The translations under genes were made by a program, and so were the position numbers. A stretch of 64,000 bases of DNA from the NCBI RefSeq assembly GCF_006345805.1, contig NC_043007.1, forward strand, positions 57,784,001 through 57,848,000, written 5' to 3'. The notes beneath the pieces were generated by a model. The model was not told the origin of the DNA, did no database searches, and worked only from the letters and a program-made list of their open reading frames with translations. Positions 51,302-64,000 of the stretch are shown here, in pieces (position 1 is the stretch's first letter; each line of letters starts with the position of its first letter). The DNA is from Octopus sinensis. Lineage: Eukaryota.

Positions 51302-54258
51302 AACGGAAGCTTTATGAAAATAAACAAAGACGAAGGCAAGGTGGAAGACAAACAACAATTGTATTAGTATGGCGCTCAGGAAATATAAATAAAACAAGTC
51401 TTTAACGTTTCGAGCCTACGCTCTTCACAGAAAGATACACAGAGAGAGAAAAAACACAGAAAGAAGGAGAGAAAAAAATGCGTGCAGTAGCTAACGAATC
51501 AACATGGCGATCTGATTTCGGCCAGAGGTCAAAGATCAACATGAACGAACGAGAGCGAAATAAGGGGAGATAATAGGGTTGATAAAAGGGTTGAGTGACC
51601 AGCTAAAAGTGCGTGGGAGGGGTCTGGATGTGTGTATTTATAGGTTGGTGTATGTATTAGTATGTATACGGGTGTGTGGTGTGTGTGGTGTGTGTGTGTG
51701 TGTGTGTGTGTATTAGAGAGTATTTTGCGTAAGATTGGTCTGGACGTGCGTATTGTATGGGGTTGGTGTATGTATTAGTATGTATTAGTATGTATTAGTA
51801 CGTATTGGTATGTATAGGTGTGTGTGTGTGTGTGTGAGAGAGTATAAGTGCGTATGCGGGGTCTGGACGTGTGTATGTTATAGGGTTGGTGTAAGTATTA
51901 GTATGTCTAGTATGTATTAGTACGTATTAGTATGTATTAGTTGGTGTGTGTATTAGTATGGCACATATATGTGAGTGTGATGTGTAAAGTCATGTGGTGT
52001 AGTGAGGAGAAGAGGGGAGAGAAGGGGAGGGGAGAAGAGGGGGAGAAGGGGAGGGAAGAAGAGGGGGAGGAGAAGGGGGAAGAGGAGACGATGGGGGGAA
52101 GGAAGGTGAGGAGGGGGATGAAGGAGGAAAGAGGGCGAGGGGAGAGAGAGAAGGGAGAGAGGGGAGTGAGGGAGCAGAGGGAAGGGCAAGAGGGAGGAGA
52201 AAGAGGGAAAAGGGAAGGGGGAGTAGGGGTGAAAGGATGAAGGACTGAAGAAGTAGGCGGTCGGGAGAAAGGATAGGTGAGGAGGGGAGAGGGGGGTTAG
52301 ATGAGGAGGGGGGGAGAGTTGAGACCAAATGGCGTATAAGAGCGAAGAGAGAAGATTAATTCCTGTTCACGCGCAAACGGAATTCCGGATGGCCTCTGTG
52401 TAAGGACAAACCGAACACAGATAGGTGTTGCAAGGAGTGACCGTGGAGCGAAAATGGCGTGAGACCGGTGTGTCGTTCCGCAAGGTGGATGTCACGAAGG
52501 TGTTCCGCGAACCGGTCAGCCAAGCGGCGTCCCGTTTGTCCGATGTACAAGGAATTGCAGAGAGAGCAAGAGATGCAATAGATATATTGCTGGAGGTGCA
52601 GGTGAAGGGAGGGATGATGGGATAGGGTCGATAGTGGGTGCTAGTGGGCGGGTGGTGTTGAGGAGTAAGGGCAAGTGCGGCAACGTGGGCGGGGCAGGGG
52701 AACGAGCCGGGGTTGGGAGGTAGGGTCAGGGAAGGAGCTATGGACCAAAAGGTCTCGAAGGTTTGTGGGCTCGTTTGAAAGAGGGGAGGGGGTCGGGTTA
52801 GGGAAGAGGTGGTGAAGTGGACGGGTCGGACTGGAGATGACGGAAAGCTCGAAGAATGGGCGTTTGAGACGTAGGGTCGTGGGGTGGTAAGTGAGGGAAA
52901 AGGGAGGCGGGAGACTACAGGGCGGGTTCGGGGAGAGAGAGCAGATACACGGTCCACGGACCGGCTCTGGCAATGGGCGGTGGTGATGTGGTTGAGGGGG
53001 TATCCACGTAGGTGAAGTGGTGAGCCATACGTTGAGACTGAGTCTCAAAGTCATGGTCGTCACTACAGAGCCTACGTAGACGGAGGAATTGGGAATAGGG
53101 GATGGAAAGCTTGTTGTGGTTTTGGGTGGGAGGAAGAGAAGTTGAAGGTATGAGTGTGAGTCTGTGTGTTTGTAGTGAATGGAGGTGGTAAGAGTGGAGT
53201 GAAGAATGCTAACCGAAATGTCGAGGAGGAGACAGAGGTGTTGGAGATAGTGGAAGTGAAGTGGAGGGCTGGATGGAAGATTGGACGAAAGAGAGGAAGG
53301 AATCTAGATGTTCGCGGGAGAGTGAGGTGGCACCGATAATGTCGTCAATATACGACCATATAGTTCAGGAGTGGGACCCAGTGAAATTAGAGAATATTTG
53401 GGCCTCAACATAGCCAACGAACAGGTTCGCATAGTTGGGGCCCATTCGCGTTCCCATGGCCACTCCCGAGACCTGATGGTAGAACTCGCCCCGCGAACGA
53501 GAAGCAGTTCAGAGTAAGGACAATTCGGCCAGACAATGAGTGTGGAGGTGTCAGGTACAGGGTTAGAGCGGAGGTCAAGAAAGTGTCGAAGGGCCTGCAG
53601 TCCTTCGTGGTGAGGGATAACAGTATAGGAGGCTTTGGATGTCCATAGTAAAAAGGATTTTGGAGGAGCCGGAGAAAGGAGAAAGATTGAAAAGCCGGAG
53701 AGCATGGTTGGTATCGTGGATGTGGGAGGGAAGAGATTGCCAACTAGGGGGGCAAGGACACGGTCGAGGTATTTAGAGATGAGCTCCGTGGGGCAGTTAA
53801 CAGCAGACGATGGGGCGGCCAGGTTGTTGGTTTGTGGATTTTGGGGAGGAAGTAAATGGTGGGGGTACGTGGTTTCGCACAATTAGGTTGGATGCGGTGC
53901 GGGGGAGACGGAGGACGAGTTGAGGTCTTGGACAGTAGAGGATACCGTCTGTTGGTAGCTACGTGTGGGGTTAGATGGCAGAGGGGAATAGAAGGAGGTG
54001 TCATTGAGTTGGCGGAAAGCTCGGCCCTATAGAGGTCCGCGCGCCACACACCTACAGCTCCACCCTGTCAGCCGGTTTGATTATGTCAGCGCGCCGCTGG
54101 AGGGAAAGAAGAGCAAGAGCTCAGCCGAGGAGATGTTGAGGCGGCGTTGGCGCCTGGAGAAGTTGAACCGCTCCAATGCACGCTGACAAGCGCCGCGAAA
54201 AGATCCCCTGCTAGGATCGGCCAGGGGCAGGCGTCCACGGGATGGTCGGCGGCCCATA
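51302..54258 (-). mobile_element. Penelope-like element (Neptune-like), longer copy with RT core, many indels
   Basis: IYFLPKIHKP, MDIQSLYTVIPHHEGL, GVAMGTRMGPNYANLFVGYVE, YIDD, thumb and GIY-YIG motifs spread across frames. Colinear with 17631-19572; HHR-like motif at 51399-51435. Confidence 0.9.
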
Positions 54259-54361
54259 TATTAACAATTAGGATAAAATCTTTAAAAGAAATTATCAGTA
54301 GTCAGCGTGAAAAACCTCGTAAGAGAAAAATCCGTAAATTCTTCCTCTTTGAAAATATTCA

Positions 54362-54530
54362 TTTATATTATATTGAGGGTACTACTATTCGTAGATACAA
54401 CACGCTAAGAGGGACCAATGCGGTCAAAAATACTAAAATAAACAAAATTTTTATTTTAGTAGTTTTGACCGCATTGGTCCCTTTAGCGTGTTGGTATCTA
54501 CGAATAGTAGTACCCTCAATATAATATAAA
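54362..54530. repeat. Near-perfect 169-bp hairpin (MITE-like fold-back)
   Basis: ~81-bp arms (TTTATATTATATTGAGGGTACTACTATTCGTAGATAC...) around a ~7-nt loop. Confidence 0.85.
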
Positions 54531-54560
54531 ATTATATATTATATATATATATATATATAT

Positions 54561-54627
<67 letters not shown>

Positions 54628-55005
54628 ATACATACATATATATATCTATATACATATATATATAATACATATATATTTCCGTTAACATATACTCATGGGT
54701 ACATACATATTAGAAGTGTTTAGAAGGGAGGATTTATGCAGAAGTTCGTATCATTATAATTATATAATTATACAATAATACACAAACATATACACATTCA
54801 TATAAACATGTAATATGTTTATTTCTCGGTTGCTTTTGTTTATGGAGTAGTTGAAATCCTGCGGGAAGTGGGTGGGGGGTATTTTTGTTCAGTCGCGTAA
54901 TCCAATTGGTCATCTATTGTTTTGAAATGCCTTGACTTTGTTTTGGTTGGTTAATTGCTAACCGATAACATAAAACAAATTAGGCAACAATACATGTGTG
55001 TATGT

Positions 55006-55047
<42 letters not shown>

Positions 55048-55170
55048 TATATATATATATATATATAATATATATTAATTAGAGAAAAACCACTATTATG
55101 CAAATCAAACAAAGAAAGACTTAATCCAATACATAAAAAATTTTATATAAATTAAATAAAATTAAATTCG

Positions 55171-55216
55171 CCACTACAATTGTTTCGTGTCTCTTCTAAG
55201 GACATTCATCAGGTGG
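55171..55216 (-). ncRNA. Type I hammerhead motif, canonical core
   Basis: CCAC-CTGATGA-ATGTC(CTTAGAAGA)GACAC-GAA-ACAATTGT-A-GTGG; 8-nt palindromic stem III, GUA triplet, A.C mismatch at the first stem II pair. Confidence 0.75.
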
Positions 55217-55875
55217 TTTTCAGATCTAAAAATAATCAATATTTTTAAGATATAAATTTAAAATGACTAAAAAATATAAATAATGTAAATTTATCAATGA
55301 AAAAATATATATATAATCAAGAACTAAAATAACCTCTATAAGCAATTGAATATAATGAAACCTAGTATTTAAGTTCTCATATTTAAAGATGAAGAATCTA
55401 ATTTCAAAAAACAAAAAGCAAAAAATAAAATATATATACACACATGCTCATACACATATATCTAAGTATATATATAAACATATCTAAATACATACACTAA
55501 CTCACACACCCATATATATATCTCTATCATTACACATAAACATCTAGGCAACGATAAATTAATAAAGTAGCCGTATACTTCTACACATTACTTATTCATA
55601 CTCCCACACACACACATACAACCCTCATTCATAAAAACACTCACTCAGCATGACAACAACACAGAGGAAACACCACATCCAGCAGCCGCAGATACTCAAC
55701 CACAACCCACAGAAACATTTCATTCTTAGCAAGAAACTACCAAATACCATATACCACATATATACAACAACCATACATAAATACTTAAAACAAACACACA
55801 CACACACATATTCCAAATACCACATGCATTTATTTGGATTTATCCCTAATATTATTATTATAGATATATATATAT

Positions 55876-55909
<34 letters not shown>

Positions 55910-55957
55910 GGAGAGAGAGAGAGAGAGAGGAGAGCAGAGAGAGAGAGAGAGAGAGAG

Positions 55958-56694
<737 letters not shown>

Positions 56695-57099
56695 TATATA
56701 TATATATTATATATATATATATTATCTTTTATCTTTTATCTTTTACTTGCTTCAGTTATTTGACTGCAGAAATTCTAGAGGACCGCCTTGAAGGATTTTA
56801 GTCGAACAAATCGACGCTACGACTTATTTTTTTAAAGCCTAGGACTTACTCTGTCGGACTCTTTTGCTGAATCGCTAAGTTACGGGGACGTAGAAGACAA
56901 ACGCACACACATAGACACATACATACATACATACATACATACTTACATACATACATACATATGTACATACATATGTACATACATACTTACATACATGTGT
57001 ATGTGTGTGTATGTGTATGCGTGTGTGTGTGTTTGTGTGTGTATGTGTGTGTGTGTTTGTGTGTGTATGTGTGTGTGTGTGTGTGTGTGTAAACTTTAG

Positions 57100-58560
57100 C
57101 TTGCCCGTTAGTGGTCGAAGAACAATCAGTCAAGTGGCCTGTAAACTTTCTGGATGCGGCCCAAGATGTCTCTGTATTTAGCAGCAGCACCGCAGCAGAT
57201 GTGGAAGCAATACTTCATTGTGGGCTACACTCAAGGTTTGTAGAGTGTCAGGAGATGTTGAGGGCTGTAATATCCTCTGGCCTTAATGAGAAAGATCAGT
57301 TCTGAGGATGTGAAATCATTGCACGTTTTGCGTGTGCTGTTTATGCTGCTAGTGGATAATGCATAACTGGGAAAAATTTGGATGGCATAAAGCGTCATGT
57401 CAGAATGCATAAGCGTGGACGTTATCGGATGTACCGATAAGTGAGTCATTAAGAGATTTGTAGGAGGTGGAGCGTGGGGGATAAAACTGAACCTGACAAC
57501 TCTAACACTGAATGGGTGAATGAAGAAAGAATTCGTTACCTTCTGAACATATTGACCCCGAACCAGCAAATCCCCACCCTTGGTTACACTGAGCCAAAAT
57601 ATATCAAAAATAAGTTATTTGGTTGATTTCCGCCGATATCAAGAGCCTCCATGAGAACGTCGTCATTCATGTCCCCCGCTGACAGTTTTTAGAATGCTAA
57701 TGTGGACGTTCTATTACACGACTTGTGACCTCCTAACAATATTCTAGATAACAGACCTTCAATTTTAGTTTAATCTTGTACTGGGACTGCAGCTCCGTCA
57801 AAAACACGAACTGTTTTATATACACAAACCACACATGTTCACTCTAAAGGAATTCTAACAAATGCTACAATATCACTGAACCCTCCGAACAGACATTTAT
57901 GGTACTGAATAAACTTATCGACCAGGTGAACTCAATTCGTATCCAAGAAATGAAAGAGCAGATACTCCAGCTTGGACGGTTGCGACCCAGAGCAGAGCGC
58001 AGTGAACAGGCGATAAGTAATTACGGAGTTGATGTTGGCGGCGTTCGCCAACTTAACTCGTCCTTTTAAGAATACATTCCTACCAGAAGCCCAATTTTGA
58101 GTCAGACTACTCACTCGGTTAGTAACATCTCGTCTCAGTTCTTCAGTAGTTGGGGATCAGTACTCAAACACAGCACATGCCATTTTTTATCTTGTCTTTT
58201 CTTTGGGAGGGGGCGGGAACCTTGCTTTTGTGTCAATGGACGTTGTGTTAACTGTTAGCTGGTGGGCATAAATATGGAACTGCCTCTTCAGGTACCGCAC
58301 TGAAAGCCCATCGTCTTCTATTTATTGCTTGTTTCTGTTCCCCTCTCATTTTCTTTCTACTTGGTATCTATCACCTCGATATGCTAAGAACCCGGCACTA
58401 TTATGATGGTTTAGCTCTTTTATTCCGATAATACAACTTTCCACGTTCAAGTTCAAACAGGATGAAGTCAACACCTCTAGCATCCGCAGCAGTTGTTTAA
58501 GAGCAAAAACGCAGAGGAGCGATGAAAGAGGACACACTTGACTGTTCTGATATAGTAACC
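57100..58560 (-). mobile_element. Highly degenerate L1/Tx1-clade ORF2 fragment
   Basis: Q(V)CPLSSLLCVFALKQLLRMLE resembles RT motif QGCPLSPLLYVLALEPLL. LKGRVKLAN..INSVITYRL..KLEYLLFHFL resembles the Tx1 post-RT region. Many stops; no YADD seen. Confidence 0.6.
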
Positions 58561-59432
58561 TTTAGCATGATCGCTAGCCAGACGCCTCCGAAGACGGGAT
58601 CGAAACCGCTACGTTACATGAGACAATTTACTCCTTGACATACACACACAAAAATAAAATAAAAAAACCGGGATGGTCACGGCTGCAACTTCCATTGGTC
58701 ATACGTCTGATCAATCAAGGCAAGCCTCGAGGCTAAATTACAACGATAACAACATCAGTTTCTGTCAATGGACACCAATATTTCATTTTCTCGCCCTAGC
58801 AAAAAGTAAAATAATCAACAACAATAACGTAAACAATGACAAGAGCAACAACAATAACTACAATAACAACCAGCAACAATATAGACACTGTTACATAGAC
58901 ATCATGCCTGGAACATATACACCTCGCCACCCACCTTCCAGAAAAAAATAGAAAGAAAGACTCTACACAAACAAAACAACACAACACCAACAATAACAAC
59001 ATTAAATAAGCTGTGATAGATTCAAGTGGCTGCACGTGCATCAGGAATATTTGATTTGGGGTTCGGCGCAGCACCCTTAATTTTCATATGCCCACTTTTC
59101 TCACCACACCACCGCCATCACGTCGATTCCTGTTTCTTTAGTTTTTATCTGTCGCTCAACTAACTGCTTCTTTAGCCTACTTTCTCACGTTCATTGTCTA
59201 CCTCGTAACAAACAAACAAACGAACACGCACACATAAGCACACACAAACACACACACATACGCGTAAAAACACGCACACACACACACGTCAACACCCATA
59301 CGCACACGTTTTATATCTCTATTTCTATATAGAGCTCACACATTTACACACACACACATATATATATGTATAGTGTGTGTGTGTGTGTGTATGCCGTAGT
59401 CAAATGACTGAAACAAGTAAAAGAATAAAAGA

Positions 59433-59500
<68 letters not shown>

Positions 59501-61240
59501 TATATATACATATATTTAAAAACATGCATATATACATTTGCAGTTATGCCCGCGCGCACACACACACACACACAAACATACACACACACGTATACATACA
59601 ACACACGTACACATACATGTGTAAGATAAAGCAAAAGGACAGGAAATAAGACCGTTTTGTAAATTAACGCAAATACATAGAACTACTAAATATACCTTCC
59701 TTTGTATTACAGGTAAGTTCATCACCATCAATCCATCGCGGGTAAGTTCACCGCCATTAACTCAGCGTGAAGGAAGTTCATCGTGAGAAAATTTCACCGC
59801 GAGGAAAGTTTACCGAGAAAATATATCCATAGTATCTCATCACTTATAGTTAAAAACTATTTTATTGAAAATAAAAAACGGTGAATTGATGAGTCAACTT
59901 ACCGGACATGCTTCTCTTGTCACAAGGTCGTGTTTTAGTTCTCGCTACAATAAAATATCTTGTGATGTCGTCATCATCGGATAGCAAAATGGAGTTTTAA
60001 CAATTTGTGCTTATGCAGGAAACAAGTACAGTAACATCAAAGAGTAACAGAAGGTGCTGAGAATATCGAGAATTCTTTTACGAACTTTTTGCTTATAAAA
60101 CTTTATAAGAATAGATGATAATTCAGGAGGTGCTCGCAAAACAGCAAGAAGCAAAACAGCAGTTTATCTATTCACTTTAAGTACGTTCTGGCACTGGTTT
60201 GGGAAGGACATTTTTCAGGAGATGCAAACCCAGGTTCAAAATGTTTTACAAGCAAAGTTTTATTGTTTATTTTATTTACTTTTTTCTTTGTTCTTTCAGA
60301 AGAAACCTAATTTCAAGCTACTTATTGTAGATCACTTTTTACGCATGGTTTTCTAAACCCGAGAAAAGGAATTATTAGTGCAACTTTTGATTTTGCATCC
60401 CACAAAAATTTAAGAGGTGCACTTGCAGCCCCTGCAGTCCCTGTTCCCGAGCCCATGCGTTCTGACACATTCAAACGTGAATAACTGAAAGCTATTGTTT
60501 CTCGTCAGTGGAAAACACCTGCACATTTTCGACAATGTATCTCATAACACATGCAGTTCACCGATGTAAGGAGATTTTAAGATACCGCGCTGTTTCGACC
60601 TTTTTCTATGTTTCCTCAGCCAAAGTTATGACTTAGAAAATCCTTGGTATAGTATTATTTATTTGAGAAAATGAATAGAATGGCTTTTCTGGTATTTTTC
60701 CCACTTTAATAATTTATGTACATCAAATAATTAAGTGGAAAAACCATTAGAAAAGCCATTTCTATTAATTTTCTCTAATATATATATATATATATATATT
60801 AATATATACGTATATATGCCTATACATACATACACACACTCATATATATATATATACAGCAATAAGAAAATGAAGGGATCAAGAGGTGTTATTCATCAAC
60901 TTTTAGACATTATATTATGTCTATTTATTTATGTTTTAAAAACCATTATAACAATATACATACATGTATAACATATTATGCTTTACATATATAATATATA
61001 AAAAATACCAGTAATTATTAAAATATATAATGTAGAGCATAGGAAGTAGAATAGTATCTTGCAGCTGTTCAGCCAAGAGGGCACAGTATCCCACTTTACT
61101 TCCATCCCTTCAGTGAACTGAAGTATGTGGTAGATAAGATTAAGGTACTTGGGTTTATTAATAGAAATTGAATATATTGAATAGAAATTATCCCTTAGTT
61201 GGTTGGATTCACAACCTCTAACTCTCTTGGTATATATATA

Positions 61241-61284
<44 letters not shown>

Positions 61285-61436
61285 GCTTGCGTTATGTTTG
61301 TCTTTCTCCATCATTTAACACCCGGTTTGGTTACTTTACGTCGTCCGGCAAAAGAAATCGATAGAATATGTACCAGACTTAAAAATAAGAAGGGATTGTC
61401 CCCAGTAAGACCGCAGTCCAGTGGCTTAAACAGGTT

Positions 61437-61502
<66 letters not shown>

Positions 61503-61692
61503 TGTATGTGTGTGTGTGTATACGACGGACTTCAGTCAGCCAAATTCACTCACAAGGCATTGGCTAACTCGGGGCTGGAGTAGAATACTCTTGCCCAGTG
61601 TGCCGCGCTGTTGGACTGAACTCGAAACGACGTGGGTGCAAAGCGAGCTTCGTAACCATGCTCCCATACCTGCATCTATAAAATTAAATATT

Positions 61693-61766
61693 TGGCCAGT
61701 ATGGGGTCCAATCTCACGACATTCGCGTTATTAGCCCGATGCGCAATCCAACTGAGCTAACCGGTC
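61693..61766 (-). pseudogene. tRNA-Ile(AAT) pseudogene
   Basis: GACCGGTTAGCTCAGTTGG...GCTAATAACGCG...CCCCATACTGGCCA matches tRNA-Ile-AAT, but the T-loop is corrupted (GATTGGAC instead of GTTCGATC). Confidence 0.7.
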
Positions 61767-62136
61767 ATATATACATGCGCTTCTTCCTGCTTACCATTAT
61801 CACTTGCAGTAATAACAACAACAACAAGCTGCCGATCACAACGTCTGTATGGGAGCTCCGTCGGAGTCATTACTTGACAGATATTTTTCGACCAGCGCAA
61901 GAATGAAATACAAAGTTATAAATACTCTTGCAAGATTTGAACTCGGAACGTGGAGAGACGTAACGAAATTATTACTACAAATCATTTAGTCCAGCGCTTT
62001 ACTAAAGAAGCCAATCCCAAAAATTACGATAAAAAAATACAACTTTGATAAGAGCTGTATTATTTTCATCATAGTTGTTCATGGTCGTCATTGCCATCGA
62101 CATCATCATCATCAGTAGCAACAACGTAGCAACAGC

Positions 62137-62186
<50 letters not shown>

Positions 62187-62191
62187 TGTGC

Positions 62192-62263
<72 letters not shown>

Positions 62264-62954
62264 GGTGGTGGTAGCAGCAACAGTGATAGCTACCAAATAC
62301 GTAGCCGAAGTCATCATTGAAGGGGGATAAATGGTTAAAAATCGAAAAGAAAAGCACACACAAACAGACCATAAAAAATAATAAAAAAATAGAAGAAAAG
62401 TAAAAAAAAAAAGCATTAAATACGCTTCAGAAGAAAGCAAACAATACGTGCTAAAGGGCAACTGAACGTATTTAGTAGGGGGTTATCAATACATTATGTT
62501 TGGGGGGAGTGTAGGCGTGTGTAAGGAGGAGGAAAAACGAGCGAGCGTGTTGTGAGAGAGGCATTGAGACTTCGGTAAGCCATTACAGAGGTGAATGTAA
62601 CAGCAAATTGTTTTTATTGAAAAACTGCAGACGGAGAGCAACATTAACGATGGTGATAACAATAATAATGTTTTATTTGTTTATTTATTTTAACGTTGAC
62701 ATAAGGTCATAATTCTTCTTGCGAAGGGTGGGGATTGAGTATGAGTTTAGACGATTAAATCGAGTACACTCTTTGATTAGCAGGGGAGGGGAGCCCTTAT
62801 TTTAACGTCTTCGGAAGAATGAAAAGCAAAGAAGAAATTTTGAGGAATTTGAGCTTACAACGTATAGGAACTTTGCAAATTACGGTATAACTCCCAAGTC
62901 CGTTGCGCCATTGATTTCTTTTTCATCTTTCTCCATTGCAATAATAATAATAAT

Positions 62955-63375
62955 CCTTTCTACTAAAAGCACAAGGCCTGAAATTTGGGGATGGGGACTA
63001 GCCGATTACATCGACCCCAGTGTTTCATTGCTACTTAATTTATCGATCCCGAAAGAATGAAAGGCAAAGTCAACCTAGGCGGAATTTGAACACAGAACGT
63101 AAAGATGGACGAAATACCGCTAAGCATTTTGCCCAACGTGTTAACGATTCTGATACTCGATGCCTTAGTATTGATAATGGTTTCAGGTTTTAGCTCAAAG
63201 CCAGCAATTTCGAGGGAGGGAGCTAAGTCGGGTACATCGACCCCAGTGTTCAACTAGTACTTATTTTATCAACTACGAAAGGATGAAAGGAAAAGGTGAC
63301 CCCGGTGGAATTGGATGAAATGCTGCTAAGATTTTGCCTGAGTGTGCCGACGATTCTGCCAGCTTGCTACTTTAG
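62955..63375 (-). mobile_element. Two adjacent SINE family 2 copies
   Basis: Reverse-complement homology to 11023-11410. Confidence 0.7.
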
Positions 63376-64000
63376 TAATAATAATGATAACAATAAAGAT
63401 TTCTTTGTTAACCACTTAAGGTTTACAAAAAGATCTAGGACAGTACAAGATGATAACATGTGAGATTACATGTAGTTTTGTTAACAATAAAAAGGAAAAA
63501 GTTCAAACAAGGAATAATTTCCACAAATCTGGGGTAATTTCCGACGGTCTCTCATCTAAAACTCTCAAAAAACGAAGCAAAACAAAAACCAGGCCAACCT
63601 CACCACTAAAGCACAATGCTCTCTCCTTATCCTTTTCCCTTAATCTACAGGCGTGTGCTCAGAGAAGATCCGTTTACTCAGTCCTGTACGCCTATTTGAT
63701 TATGAAGATTTACAAACATACTTTCCCAGTGATACTCGGTTTACTTACCATTATAAATAATACCAAATGTTCTTTCTCAAACCTTTCATAATGTGATACA
63801 AGTCTTTGGTGTAGCAATTGCATGCGGCTGAAGAGGGCTTTTGAACTATGTTATATCGATTGTAAGAATAAGTTGTTTTATAAAGCTCGAAACATATGTA
63901 CCGCGACATCCTTGGTGCCCTGTTTTTTCATTTTATTTCATTTCATTTGATACACACACACACACACATACACACACACACACATACACACACACACACA

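Noticed and set aside
59700-59830. Five spaced AAGTTCA(T/C)C(A/G)C-like motifs
   Set aside because: Probably subterminal repeats of a decayed DNA transposon; no matching second end found.

Overview
Eukaryotic, AT-rich, microsatellite-dense DNA. The SINE and Penelope repertoire looks like an octopus (coleoid cephalopod) genome; this is inferred from repeat recognition only. The one host gene found is a Fez-family zinc-finger gene (Fezf/earmuff; eh1 motif plus six C2H2 fingers) with an uninterrupted CDS at 3434-5458. The ~58 kb downstream is a transposon-filled gene desert. Standout 1 (30531-36277): three diverged, ORF1-only L1/Tx1-like elements are stacked head-to-tail. They are separated and bounded by four copies of a 15-bp direct repeat (AGGACGTTGGTGTTG on the minus strand) and sit inside a Helentron HINE-like repeat. 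An empty copy of that host, with a single 15-mer, is present at 15148-15494. This suggests repeated site-specific retrotransposition into one target. Standout 2: about eight distinct families of minimal type I hammerhead ribozyme (HHR) motifs. They occur in Penelope-like elements (PLEs) resembling three clades (Neptune, Nematis, Hydra) and in non-coding carriers: a fold-back element, a retrozyme-like 446-bp unit, a tRNA-headed element and a palindrome. Also present are Tc1/mariner relics and MITEs, an R4/Dong fragment, a decayed Tx1 ORF2, Helitron-like repeats, tRNA-derived SINEs, a tRNA-Ile pseudogene, a probable false 1.39-kb tandem duplication and a 100-N gap. All alignments and folds were done by eye; clade names are recognition-based and need phylogenetic confirmation.
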